Assembly (NCBI RefSeq): GCF_963921235.1
Contig: NC_086102.1
Coordinates: forward strand, 44,826,001-44,890,000
DNA length: 64,000 nt
Direction of reading: 5' to 3'
Source of the DNA: Mobula hypostoma
Taxonomy: Eukaryota
A program made the translations under genes and the position numbers. A model generated the notes under the pieces. The model saw nothing but the letters and a program-made list of their open reading frames with translations, was not told where the DNA came from and made no database searches. This document shows, piece by piece, positions 12,589 to 24,904 of this stretch. Numbering within the stretch: position 1 is the first letter of the stretch; every line of letters starts with the position of its first letter.

Positions 12589-12957
12589 CTAGAAGTGCCA
12601 CAGTGATATGGAGAGGATTAGAGGTTTTCTCTGCTGCTTTGATATATGGGGTCCAAACAGAGGCTGCACAGTAGTAATATCCACTGTCTGATTCATCAAC
12701 TTGTAGCACTCTCAGTCTGTAGTCATTACTACTAATTTTGTTCAAGGTGATAAAGTTTGAATCGTTAACTATTGCTGCAAGATTCATATGCACCAGAAGT
12801 TTCCCGCTTTGAGTGTCAACTGCTGGAGATGTGCTGGCATACCAGCTGACCTCAACACCAAAGTCTTCAGCACCTGTTACTGTGCAGACCAGATCAATCT
12901 CATCACCTTTGTTCAAAGTGAGCATCCTCCCACTTGCAGAGACATTTAGAGTCTGCG
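12589..12957 (-). CDS. PTGFRN: PTGFRN coding exon 4 (Ig-V domain 3), 369 nt
   Basis: (A)QTLNVSASGRMLTLNKGDEIDLVC...EVSWY...DSGYYYCAASVWTP; acceptor tattacag|, donor G|gtaatt. Confidence 0.93.
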
Positions 12958-13588
12958 CTGTAATATAGAAATCATATTCTTTATTAAGATTTTTCCCATG
13001 AGTATTCCAAAAATCAACAGTCCTATTGTTTCAAAAACTTTGTAGCAGATAAATGAGATCACCCATGAGGCGCCTCAGCAGTAACTGATAAAAAAAACAG
13101 AAGCTTGTTTGCACTGAACTAGATTTGCATTTGAGCATCTGTCTTATAAACTAAATACCCATCTCCTTTTCCCAGCTTTTGAACTTTTTCCAATGTTGAT
13201 ACGAGCAATAAATTACCTGAGAGCAATCCAGAAGAATCTCCTGATTGCCATATCAATCACCAATTTAAAAAGTGACTCAATTCTGTAAAAAGTGTCTTCT
13301 TGCTCTCTGACTTAATCTTTCCATGTGTAATCCATTTTTGGATCTGTGTCTTGATTCTGAGATATAATTTGCAAAAACATATTTATCTCCTAAAGAATAC
13401 CTTTCAAGTTTTGAGCAGTTGCTAAAATTAATTATTTAACGTGCATCTTGCTTTCAAAGCCTTTGGTTATCAACTGCATCCAAAATGCTGGTCCATTAAG
13501 CAAAATAGAGGATAGATATTCAGTGCTACTTGCATTAAGATCAAACTCATTCTAAATAAGAGACTTATTATGAATATGATCTACCTAC

Positions 13589-14008
13589 CTAATGACTGAA
13601 CGCCAATCGTTGCAATGTTTGTACTTTTCTCCTGAATTTTTTTCCAGCTGGAGCCACCATCCTTGACCCACTCTGCCGCCACACAAGAGTATACGCCACT
13701 GTCCTCAAGCTGCAGGTGGTTAATAAAGAGCTTAAAAATGCCGTTTTTTTCCAGGCCCATTCTAATATCACCCTGCTGATACCTAGCTGCGTACGAACCG
13801 CCAGGCAGGAACTGATCGTTAGTGAAAGACAGAATGTCTTCTGTCACACCTCCATTTTTTGTCAGCTGCCATTTGACAGAAAGATGGGTTGAAACAGATG
13901 ATGTTGTTGTTGCAACACACTGAAGTTCCAGGGCCTTCCCTTCGGTGTAGTTCCTTTTTGGCAGACTTCTGGACTTTGCAGGTGATACAGTAAGTTTATC
14001 AGGAATCA
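13589..14008 (-). CDS. PTGFRN: PTGFRN coding exon 3 (Ig-V domain 2, EWI-type motif), 420 nt
   Basis: (V)IPDKLTV...EGKALELQC...THLSVKW...DSGVYSCVAAEWV...WKKIQEKS; acceptor ctttatcag|, donor G|gtaggt; phase 1/1. Confidence 0.95.
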
Positions 14009-14229
14009 CTGATAAAGAAATACACCATGATTACTCACAGAGGGAAAAAAAACACTAGAACGTTTAAACCGGCATTATATTTATGTAAAAATCAGAACCT
14101 GTTCTGATGTCTTACCAACAACCGCTGGTTCACATACCTGACAGCCAACTGTAAGACTCTCATCAAACCTTTTGTATGAAATTGTTAAATGAATGGTTGT
14201 AACTATTTTGGCTTATGATTAAAGCTCGA

Positions 14230-15200
14230 GCTCTTGTGACTCGGTGTGCTGCAGGGATCAATGCTGCATCCATTATTGTTTAGCAGCTATATTAACGATT
14301 TTGATGATTATGTGGTGAACTAGATTTGCAGATGATATCAAGAATGGAGGCATAGTAGATAGTGAGAAAAGCCAATCAAAGCTTGCAGCTTGATCTCTAC
14401 CAGATGGAAAAATGGGCTGAAAAGTGACAGATGGAATTTAATGCAAACAAGTGTGAGGCATTGCACTTTAAAAGGACAAACCAGGATAGGGTTGCAAAGT
14501 GAATGGCAAGTCTCTGAGATCTGTCATTAAATAGGGGGACCTGTGAGCACCTATTCATACTTCCTTGAAGGTGCCATCACACGTAGATAGTGTCATAAAG
14601 AGAGCTTTTAGCACATTGGCCTTCATAAATCAGGGTACCGAATAGAGGAGTTGGGATGTAATGCTGAGTTGTACAAGACATTGGAGTATTATGTATAGTT
14701 CTGGTCATCTACCTCCAGGAAATATATCAATAACCTTGAAAGAGTGCAGAAAAAAGTTACAAGGATGTTGCCGGCACTTGGGGACCAGAATTATAGGGCA
14801 AGGTTGAATATATTAGGATTTTATTCCCTGGAGCATATGACAATGAATGAGTTCTTAAAGGAGTATACAAAATCATGAGGGGTATAGAAAGGCATGCAGG
14901 CATTTTCTCTCAAGTTAGGCGAGTCTAGGACTAGAGGTCATAGGTCAAAGGGGAAATATTATGGGGAATCAGAGGGGAATCATCTTCATTCAGAGGGTGT
15001 TGAGTGTAGAACGAGCTGCCAGCAGAAGTGAAAGATGAGGGTTCAACTGTAACACTTAGCAGAAGGTTGGACAGGTACATGGATGAGAGGACTAGGGTCT
15101 GGGTGCAGCTAGTTGGGAACTAGGTAGAAAAAACGATCAGCACAGACAAATTGGTCCTAAGGACTTATTTCTGTGCTGTAGTGTTCGATGATTCTATAAT
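14230..15200 (+). mobile_element. Degenerate CR1 LINE 3' fragment (RT C-terminus + 3' UTR)
   Basis: Homologous to the CR1 RT region (attaacgattttgatga, atggaatttaatgcaaacaagtgtgagg, gaaagagtgcagaaaaaagttacaaggatgttgcc); tail ttctgtgctgtagtgttcgatgattctat. Confidence 0.8.
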
Positions 15201-15389
15201 GTGAGCAGCAAAAGGAAGCAGAGATAAGATGAGGAAGAATACCACATACTCAACAACACTTCAGGATACAGACTGTTTAACAGAATGAAGGATAGATATA
15301 TATTCAAAAAGCATCTTGTAAAGAGAGATCAGCTTGCTAGATCTGTTTGGAAAGTTGGCAGGTGACACAACAAGGATATATAAAATTAT

Positions 15390-15690
15390 GAGAGGTGTGT
15401 TAGCGTGGATAGCCAGATTTCACTTCTCATGGTCGGGGTGTCTAAAACTATAGGGTGACGAGAGGAAGGATGTTTAAAGAAATTTGGCTGGGTAAATGTT
15501 TCATATAAAGTGTAGCTGGTCTCTGGAATGAACTGCCAGATGAGGTGGTGAAAGCAGGAACAGCAACCTTTAAGAGGCATCTGAACAGGTATTTAACTGA
15601 TCAGGGCACAGAGGAGTATAGAATTAATGCAGGCAAGTGAAACCATGAACATAGTGGGCTGTAAGTCCTGGTTTTATGTGGCTAAGCTCC
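15390..15690 (+). mobile_element. Degenerate CR1 3' fragment
   Basis: gtgtgttagcgtggatagccag...ggaatgaactgccagatgaggtggtgaaagcagg, typical CR1 terminal region. Confidence 0.6.
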
Positions 15691-15700
15691 ATAAAACTAT

Positions 15701-15914
15701 TGTCGTTGTTGTTTCTTTTCACACCTTGCAGCACATTGGGCAACATTTTTTGACGTTTCCTTAGGATTTGTCTGTTTTATTTATTAAAAGGCTGAGTTGC
15801 TAGCTTAACACTCAACCCAGCATGGATGGAAAGTAGGCAAGGGCTCGGCCGGATTCGAACCTGGGACAATTTGTCTCAAAGTCCAGTGCTCTTACCACTA
15901 CGCCACCAGCCGGT
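15701..15914 (-). mobile_element. tRNA-derived SINE with (AAC)n tail, copy 1
   Basis: A box TGGCGTAGTGG (15895-15905), B box GGTTCGAATCC (15851-15861); degenerate 13-bp TSD tccataaaactat / tccataactctat. Confidence 0.8.
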
Positions 15915-16789
15915 TCCATAACTCTATAGGAACAGATAAAAACCGTAAGGAGAAAACATTACAACAGGATGGGTAATCAAGCGGTGGGAATACCTCTAAA
16001 TAGTTCAAGTTCAATTGTTAGTCAATCATGCGTGCACATGTATACAGCTAAATGAAACTGTTCCTTCAGGGCAGAAGTGAAAAACACTGCGCAGACAGTC
16101 ACAAAATGACGATTGATGGTGCATGGGATGTTGTAATGAGTTCTCTTTATCTGTAGACAATCAAATTAGCCAGCCTCAGTTTGTAATTGACTTAGTATAT
16201 CTCTCTCTCTTTTAAGTTATCTGACCTACTGGGCAAGTTTTAGCTTGGGAATAGCTTTCAATGGAGACAGAGGACGTGAGACCAAACTATTCCAGGGTCG
16301 ATGAACTGCAACTCTGTTGCATTTCAGATTGCACAATTTTGACGCAGCTCCATAATAACATCAAAAGTAACCTTACTTGATTTCAGGGACACAACTCAGG
16401 TTCAGAGGAACAAAAACACAGATCAGGTGGCAATCTACGGGGTGGGTGTACAAAGCAGTGCACAAATAGTACAAGGAGAGAAATCAGCCACATCTGAATT
16501 AAATCCCAACAAAGAAATTCAAGTGAAGAGCCCAGAGGGCTGAACCTCAGGTGCTGAATATGGCGAATGAGTAGGGAACTCAAATAAACAACCCATTCTC
16601 CTTGTCAGGTACACAATTAAGTCAATTTATACAGCAACAAAGTCTACCTAGCTTGTCCATGAAAAACAAAGACAAACATGCCCACACAGGGAAGACACAA
16701 AAGAAGCCTTTATTTACAGGATGAAAGCTATAAACTGAATCTGCTGACTTCTTTTCCTGATTTAGCTGGATTCACTCATCTATTGTCTA

Positions 16790-16968
16790 ATAAAAGATAA
16801 AGATTAGCTTTATTTGTCACATGTACATTGAAGCATACTTTGAAATGCACCATTTGCACCAGATCGAGTTTGTACCCGGAGGAAACCCACTCAGTCACAG
16901 GGAGAAGATACAAGCTCCTTACAGACAGTGACAGGAATTGAACTCCGATCTAAGAACATAGAAATCTA
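16790..16968 (-). mobile_element. V-SINE (HE1-like), internally deleted
   Basis: B-box remnant, V-domain-like gagcttgtatcttctccctgtgactgagtgggtttcctccggg, tail gtacatgtgacaaataaagctaatct. Confidence 0.7.
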
Positions 16969-17760
16969 CAGCACATTACAGGCCCTTCAGTCCACAATGT
17001 TGTGCCGACTATGTAACCTACTCTAGGAACTGCCTAGAATTTCCCTACTGCATCGCCCTCTATTTTTCTAAGCATGTACCCATCTAGGAGTCTCTTAAAA
17101 GACCTATTGTATCCGCCACGACCACCGTTGCTGACAGTGCATTCCACGCACTCACCACTCTCTGAGTGGAAGAACTTACCTCTGACATCCCCTCTGTACC
17201 TGTGTACCTACTTCCAAGCACCTCAAAACTATGCCCCCTCGCGTTACGTCATTTCAGCCTTGGGGAAAAAAGCCTCCGGCTGTCCGCATTAGGAACCCTA
17301 ATGTCTCTCATCAACTTACACACCTCAATCAGGTCACCTCTCATCCTTCGTTGCTCCAAGGAGAAAAGATCAAGTTCACTCAACCCATTCTCATAAGGTA
17401 CGCTCTCCAATTCAGGCGGCATCCTTGTGAATCCCCTCTGCACCCTTTCTATAGTATCCACATCCTTCCTGTCGTGAGGTGACCAAAACGGAACATAGTA
17501 CTCTGTGGGATCTAACTGAGATCTTATATTGCTGTAACATTACCTCATGGCTTTTGAACTCAGTCCCAAGGCTGATGAAGGCCATCACACCTTACACCTT
17601 CTTAACAACACTGTTAACCTGCACAGCAGCTTTGAGTGCCCTTTCGACATGGAACCCAAGATCTTTCTGATCTTCCACACAGCCAACAGTCTTATCATTA
17701 ATATTATATTCTGCCTTCAAATTTGACCTACTGAAATGAACCACTTCACACTTATCTTGC
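16969..17760 (-). mobile_element. CR1 LINE 3' fragment
   Basis: ORF 17249-17461 MDTIERVQRGFTRMPPELESVPYENGLSELDLFSLEQRRMRGDLIEV is CR1 ORF2 C-terminus; tail ttctatgttct. Confidence 0.88.
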
Positions 17761-18000
17761 TGTAAAGTGTTGCACTAAACACTGCGCTACTGTGCTGCCT
17801 TCATTGAAGATTAGCGGGGTAAAGCCAATGATGAATACCAATGAATGATAAACCAATGAAGATTTTGAGACCTGGCTTTGAGTAACAGTTATCCCAATTC
17901 TAACTAAATCTGAAAAGGCAAACAGAGCAGAAGAATGAAAGAAGTCGAAAGCAAAGTTATTGGGAATACTGAGCACGTCAGGTAGCATCCATAGAGAGCC

Positions 18001-18300
18001 ACTGTAGTAAAGTGGGTAGCATGACACAGTTACAGCTTGCGGCATCGAAGTTCAGAGTTCAATTCTGGCTTCCACTGGAAAGAGTTTATATGCCCTCCCT
18101 GTGATATGCATGGGTTTCCTCCGCGTGCTCCAGTTTCCTTGCACAGTCCAAAAGTACCACTGGTTGGTAGGTTGATCGATGATTGTTAATTGTCCAGTGA
18201 TTAAACTAGAGTTAAAATAGGTGGGTTTCTGGGAGGCGCAGCTCATATTGGACCAGAAGAGCCGGATCTGTGCTGCTCTCTAAATAAACAAATAAATAAA
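18001..18300 (+). mobile_element. V-SINE (HE1-like)
   Basis: gagttcaattc B box, gcatgggtttcctccgcgtgctccagtttcc V-domain, (AAAT)n tail. Confidence 0.75.
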
Positions 18301-18639
18301 AAGATAAAATGAACTCAAGTTTCAAGTACATCTCTCTGTAAAGTGTGGCCAAGATTGTAAACAATATCATCTAGCCAATAGGTCAGCATGGGAAATTGGA
18401 GGGATTACATCTGAATAAAGGCATATAAAAACAGAAATGAAGGCAGTTAGAGAGTGAGACTACAAAAAAGGAAAGTAAAAATTGTGCAATGCACAGCTAT
18501 CGGACATGTCTGGTTGGTCCGATAGCTTAAGAGAGAGAGATACTGAATTAATAACAAAGTTGAGTTGGCTAATTTGAAAAACTAAGTTAACTGAAGTTGG
18601 AGAATTCAGGGAGGTCTGGAAGGATACAATAATACTCAG

Positions 18640-20010
18640 ACTGAAGAGGAGTTGCTGTTTCTCATGCTTACATTGAGCCTATTTACAAGTGTGCAGGAGG
18701 ACACAGACAGAGGGGAATAGAAAGAATTACAGTAGCTTGCATGACGAAGCCCAGGGTGGTCCTGAACACTGGTGCTCGACAAAGCATCTACCCAATCCAT
18801 GTTTGCTTTCTCTAATGCGGAGCAGACAACATTGTCAACACTGTACCCAGTACATTAGATTAAAAGACATGCAAGCAAATTATTTCTTCATCTGAAAGGA
18901 TAGTTCAGGTTCTGGGGGAAGTGAAGGGAAGATGTGAGAGGACAGACGTTGCATTTCAAGGGAAATCGCTTCAATAAGGGAAGTGGTTGATGTAAAATGA
19001 AGAACAGATCAGTAAATCACATGGGGAATGGTCTCTTCAAAACATGAAACCATATTGAAAATGGCAGAACTTGTAAAGCATGAGGCTGATGAGAAAGAAG
19101 GCAAAGCCTAAAGAACCTTTGGTCTAAGAGCAGAACTGCGGGAGATAGAGGAGGACAAAGGTCACTGACAACAGTGTAATCATCAGTACGAATATAGAGA
19201 AAGTGAAAGGAAGCAGGACCAAAACAACTGTGGGATTATGTGGGTTTGCAGAGAGCGTTTGTCACTGGTCTGTTCCTGAGACCAGGTGAAGGTGAGAGAA
19301 GAGTGGAAACTGGCAAAAGGACCAATAAAATTTGCATGTTTTGTATGAGCGCAGGAAGCAGAGCACCAACAGGGCGAGTGCCCTGGAAACAGAAGAGAGA
19401 GTAGGTGCTCGGGTAGGACTTGAAAGGACGAGCATTTCAAATGTTGCACTGCTCCTGCCTGTGCAATTTTCTGTAGTTATATCTTAGGTATGAAATAAAT
19501 GATAATGAAGAGAAATTCATTAACTTCCACCCTGCCCACTTTCACATTCAATGGATTATCCTTCATATTAACATGCTTGCATTCCCACCCACCTCTTCCC
19601 TTCCTGTTTTTTGAAGAAGCCATTCTCCTTTGTGATTCTCCCATTTACTCTTTGGTCTCCACTATTTTTTTGACAACTTCCCATGCAACCTTCTGCCTTT
19701 CCTCTTTCCTAGATCCAAGTGGCCCTTCCAGGTGAAGCAGCAATTCACTTCAAATCCATCAAGATATACTTCGTGCTCATGGCATGCTTTCCTGTACATC
19801 TCAGGAAACAAACATAAATAAAGCAACTGCTTATCTGTAGCCCTGAACTTTCTGTTGCCTGGCACTTTAACCCCCGTCTCACTTGGAACTGTCTGTGCTC
19901 TCCCACGCTGTTACAACATGGCTCAGTGCAAGCTTGGGGAATGGCATCTCATCTTCTGCCTGTCTAGACAATTTTGCAGCCTTCAAGAATTAATGATAAA
20001 TTATTCAAAA
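18640..20010. mobile_element. Degenerate Penelope-like fragments (minus ~18640-19160, plus ~19500-20010)
   Basis: ccttccaggtgaagcagcaattcact...cgtgctcatggcatgctttcctgtacatc resembles the GIY-YIG region of the better copy at 20029-21455. Confidence 0.5.
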
Positions 20011-20028
20011 ACATGTTGGCTATTCAGA

Positions 20029-21455
20029 ACAACACACACAAAATGCTGAAGGAGCTTAGCAAGTCAGGTAGCATCTATGGAAAGGAAAGAGCAGTCAATT
20101 TTTCAGGCTGAGACCTTTCATCAGGACTGGAAAGGAAGGGGGAAGGAGTACAAGCTGGCAAATGGTAGGTGAAGCCAGGTTTTTTTTTGGGGGGGGGAGT
20201 TGTGGGTGGGGGAGGGGTTTGAATTGAGAAGCTCCGAGATGCGAGGTGATAGGTAGAAGAGATAAAGGGCTGAAGAAGAAGCAATCTGATAAAAGAAGAC
20301 AGCGTACAATGGGAGAAAGGGAGAAGGGGCAGCAGAGGGAGGTGTTGGGCAGGTGAGAAGGAGTAAGAGGGAAGCTAAAATGTGGAATGCAAAAAGGGAA
20401 AAGGGGGAAGTGGAGAAATTACTGTAAATTGGACAATGTGATGCTCAGGCCATCAGGCTGGAGGCTGCACAGATGGAATATGAAGTGTTCTCCGCCTGAG
20501 AGCGGCCTCATTGTGGCAGTAGAAGAGGCCATGGACCAATGTGCTGGATTGAGAATTAAAATGGGGGGGGGGCCTCCACCAGGAAAGCCTGCAGAAGGTG
20601 CTTGACGAAGTGGTCCCTTAATCTGCGTTGGGTCTCAATGATGTAGAGGAGACCACACTGTGAACACTAGATACGATGAGCCTAACAGACTCACAGGTGA
20701 AGTGTTGCCTCACCTGGAAGGACTGTTTGGGCCCTGAATGGTGGTGAGGATGTGGTTTGGGGCAGTACAGCACTTACCCCACATGCAGGGCAAGTGCCAG
20801 GAGGGAGATCAGTGGGGAGGGTCGAGTGGACAAGGGGGTCACGTAGAGCGTGATCCATATGGAAAGAGGGGAATTGGGGGAAGGGAAAGATAGGTTTAGT
20901 GGTAGGATCCTGTTGAAGATGGCAGAAGTTATGAAGAATGATGTGCTGGATGTGGAGGCCCGTTGGGTGGTAGGCAAGGACAAGGAGAAATATCCCCATT
21001 ATGGATGCGGCAAGATGGGTTGAAGGTGATCTCTAGGAAATGGAGAAGACGCAGGTGAGGGCAGCATCGATAGCAGAGGAAGGGAAACCCTGTTCTTTGA
21101 AGGAGGAAGACATCTCTAATGTTCTGGAATGGAAAGCTTCATCCTGAGAACAGACGTGGTGGTGACAGTGGAACTGAGAAAAGGGAGTGGCATTTTTACG
21201 AGTAACAGGATGGAAGAGATACGGTCAAGACAGTGTTGAGAGTCTGTAGGATAATAAAAGATATCAGTTGATAGTCTGTCTCCAGACACAGAGTTTGAGA
21301 AAGGGGAAACAGGTGTCAGTGATGGACTGAGTAAATTTGAGGCCAGCATGGAAGTTGTAGGCAAAGTTGATGCAATTGAAATACTCAGCAAGGGTTCAGG
21401 AAGCAGCACCAATGCAGTGCAGAAAGAGTTGGGGAACATTACCAGAGTAAGTCTG
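20029..21455 (-). mobile_element. Penelope-like element 3' half: RT C-terminus, linker, GIY-YIG endonuclease remnant, pLTR with hammerhead motif
   Basis: Pieces SGDRLSTDIFYYPTDS, LVLAYHPTGLHIQHIILHNF..LQQDPTTK.IFP, and GLLYIIETQRRLRDHFVKHL (~20600-20660); frameshifted. Confidence 0.85.
20092..20129 (-). ncRNA. Minimal type-I hammerhead ribozyme motif (degenerate stem III)
   Basis: CAGUC-CUGAUGA-AAGG UCUCAG CCU-GAAA-AAUU-GACUG: stem I, stem II and both core boxes are visible. Confidence 0.6.
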
Positions 21456-21671
21456 CTGTTGTTTTTGTTTGGTTTAATTAAATGTAATATTTTAAAGTGG
21501 GTGAATATCTGCTGGATAGTGGTGCTGGTATCACCTGTCATTGTTAGGGGAAGGGGGAGTGAAAGAAAGCTCTATTTTGTTTTAAATCATTGAAATACTG
21601 AAAATGGATTGGTTATTGTAAAGAGGCACTCAAAATGTAACAGAGTTTACTGCACAATTTATAATACTTAC

Positions 21672-22037
21672 CTCTCAAAACCACAGAGGCTTCATAATTT
21701 CCACTACTATTTTCATCTGTACTGGGTGTTTGGCATTGATATTCCCCATCATCTTCAAATTGAGCACTTTTTAAGTGTAGCTCAACAGAGTTGTCACTGA
21801 GTCTCTTTACCCAAATCTCATTTTTCTGAATCTTCTCCTTGTAGTTAGGATCTGAATACTCTGGTTCCAGTGTGCTGATGATCTTTGATTGCTGGTGGTT
21901 ACGAGTCACAATCCAATCAAAATTTTGTTCAGTCGGTCCTTGATAATCACTGACGTTGCAGGGAATGCTGACTGTGGTGTTCACCACACGGTACAGGGGA
22001 CCACTTGGGACTTGTACAATACGTCCCAAGGTCAGGT
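21672..22037 (-). CDS. PTGFRN: PTGFRN coding exon 2 (end of signal peptide + Ig-V domain 1), 366 nt
   Basis: Translates (D)LTLGRIVQVPSGPLYRVVNTTVSIPCNVSDYQGPTEQNFDW...GEYQCQTPSTDENSSGNYEASVVLR, matching recalled human PTGFRN (GRVVRVP...IPCNVSDYDGPSEQNFDW...CSTPSTD...GNYE). Acceptor ttcttgcag|A at 22038; donor G|gtaagt at 21671; phase 1/1. Confidence 0.96.
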
Positions 22038-22185
22038 CTGCAAGAAACAAAAAACAAACAATAAAAGGAACACTCTTCAGGTGAGATGTAGAGTATTTCA
22101 CCAAATCCATGCCAACATAAATTCTGTACATGTCTAGAAATGAGAAAAAACATGAATCTCAAACAAGACTGAAATCTCAAACAAG

Positions 22186-22365
22186 AGAAAATCTGCAGAT
22201 GCTGGAAATCCGAGCAACACACACAAAATGCTGGAGGAACTCAGTAGGCCAGGCATAATCTACGGAAAGAGTACAGTCGAGGGTTTCGGCCTGAAATGTT
22301 GACTGTACTCTTTTCCATAGATGCTGCCTGGCCTACTGAGTTCTTCCAGCATTTTGTGTGTGTTA
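22186..22365. mobile_element. Palindromic Penelope pLTR-derived element (intron 1, ~150 nt from the exon 2 acceptor)
   Basis: acacacacaaaatgctggaggaactcagtaggccaggca / tgcctggcctactgagttcttccagcattttgtgtgtgt, near-perfect arms. Confidence 0.85.
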
Positions 22366-23224
22366 CACTGACTGGAATCCAGCCTCTTTAGGTAAACTGC
22401 TGCTTATCTAGCAAATTACCAGAAACACACGAGAAGTTTGTTACAGAAGGGCATTTATTAGTACTAGAAATTATCTCTAGCATATTTCACAAGATACAAC
22501 TTCCGGTTAGGATCCACATTTTACATCTCGACTCGTGCTTCTTTCAAGACCATTCTGGTTACAAGTGAATCAGTGAACTCATCATTAAATTGGTTTCCTA
22601 GCTTACACAGCCAACTAAAATCCTGATGCAACTGGCTGTATAATAATAGACCCCATTGTTCAAGGTATCATCGAAGCACTCATACACTGTACACTTGCGT
22701 ACTTCATTCTCTTTGTTACTCTGAGCCAATGCACAATGGTCATTTGAACATGACAGGAGCAACATGAAGAACAATATAATGGACCATGATTTGCTGTGAT
22801 CGCACAATTAATAGGATCACCCATATAGCTATTTAAAACGTGCACTGCATGTTCATGAAAGTGCATGTCAATAATATCACAGTGAGGAAATTAGGACTCT
22901 TAGGTCTCAGAACAAGGTGAGCAGCTATGCATCGCCATAAGCAGTCAGACTAAAAGACTACAAACAATGCAAGCTGCATGCTAAATCAATAACACCTTTT
23001 AATTTTCAATGTTGAACAGAACTTTTGACAGTAAGTGGGATTCCTCAAATGATCAAACAGGTACTTGGGCGGAAGTTGACAAGATTCAACACTGTCAACA
23101 TGCAGTTTTCCATCCACCATGCAAATACAACCACTGAAGTGGACTGGTAAAACAATGAACAGCCATTTAACAGAACTTACAGATTTTCCACATTTCGTTT
23201 TCTATTCGTTTGATCCTGAATCTG

Positions 23225-23700
23225 CTGCAACAGAGAACAGTACATCATAGCAAAGTCCATTTGGCCCACAATGTTGTGTTGACCTATATAAAACTATTCT
23301 ATGATCATTCCAACCCTTCCTACACAATCTGTAACGCTTCATTTTTCTGACATCCGTGGGCCTATTTAATAGCCTTTTAGATGGATTTAGACTCCAGCAC
23401 CACCCCTGCGGGGCATTCCAGGCACACACCACTCTCTGTGTGCAAAGAGACTACTTCTGACATCCATCCTGAACTTTTCCTCCACTCACGTTAAACAGAT
23501 GTTCTGATATTGGCCACCGCTGTCTTGGCAAAAAGATGCTGCTTGTATACTCTTATCAGCACCTCCCGTAATCTTATACACCTTTCACCTCATCCTTCTT
23601 CACTGCAAAGCGAAAAGTCCTAGCTTGCTCAGGATACGTTTTCTAATCCAGGTAGCACTCTGGTATATATCTTGTGCACCCTCTCTGAAGCTTCAAAAAA
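23225..23700 (-). mobile_element. Degenerate CR1 3' fragment
   Basis: ggcccacaatgttgtgttgacc...gcattccaggcacacaccactctctgtgtg, homologous to 16969-17760. Confidence 0.7.
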
Positions 23701-24171
23701 CATCTGCTTCAAAAAGGATCTAGTGCTTTCCCGGCATATATCATGAATAAACTCTTGGGCTTCCAGCCAGGTACAGGTATCAATCTTCATGAAGACAGCA
23801 GAGTTCGTCAACATCAGTTATAATCGATACCTGTACCTGACTGGAAGCCCGAGAAGAGTTTATCTGCTTCAAAAAGTTACGCTTCCAAGTTCCTGCTTAG
23901 TACCATTATAATTAGCCCTCCCCCAATTAAATATTGTCCCACATCATCTGCTCCTACACTTGCTCATTGTATGCTAAAGTTCAGGGATATGGAACCATTT
24001 GTCTCACTGATACCTTTGAAGAAAAATATGGAACAGGAGCTTCTGAAGAGATGAGATAAAAATACTGTGCCTGTTTGGATTATTGAATAAACACCATCAA
24101 TGCACACACAGTTCATTGGAAATAAATCTTACAAGGCTATAGCCATCCATAAAATTTCAACATTTGATAAT

Positions 24172-24900
24172 TTTAGAACATAGAACAGTACAGTGCAGTA
24201 TGGAGCCTTTGGCTCACACTGTGCCTACTTCAAGGTCAATCTAACCCTATATCTATGTGCCCCAGTCTTTGAAATGTACCTATTGTATCAGCATCTTCCA
24301 CCACCCAGCAACACATTCCAGACATTGATCACTGTGTTTAAAAAGTCTACCTCTAACATTTTCCCTAAACTTTCCTCTATTCACCTTAAACAGATGTCCT
24401 CTGGTATTGGTCACTGCTGCACTGGGTAAAAGGTACCGGCTGTCCGATGTATGCATCTCATATTCTTATATACCTCGGCGAAGTCACCTCTCACCTTCCT
24501 TTGCTGCAAAGAAAAAAAGCCCTAGCTCTCTCAACCTTTCCTCACCAGTCATGCATTCTAATCCAGGCATTAGCCTGGTAAATCTCCTCTGTCCTTTCTC
24601 TCTAATGCTTCCATTTGCTCCCTAAAATGAGATGACCACAACTGAACACAATACTCCAGCTGCAGTCTAACCAGAGTTTTATAAAGCTGCAACAGGACCT
24701 CCGACTCTAACTCAGTCCCCTGACTAAACTTGCATGGCAACTTTGAGGGACCTGTGGACATGGACTCCAAGATCCCTCATTTCCTCCACACAGCTAAGAA
24801 TCAAGCCATTAGCCTGGCACTCTGCCTTCAAGCTCAAACTTCCAAAGTGCACAACTTCATATCTTTCTGGTTTGAACTCCATATGCCACTTCTCTGCCCA
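24172..24900 (-). mobile_element. CR1 3' fragment
   Basis: EVLLQLYKTLVRLQLEYCVQLWS and WHMEFKPERYEVVHFG pieces; tagaacatagaacagtacag tail on +. Confidence 0.85.
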
Positions 24901-24904
24901 GGAA

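Noticed and set aside
15701-15914. tRNA gene
   Set aside because: A and B boxes are present, but the sequence continues into a SINE body with an AAC tail and TSD, and a second diverged copy exists at 38057.
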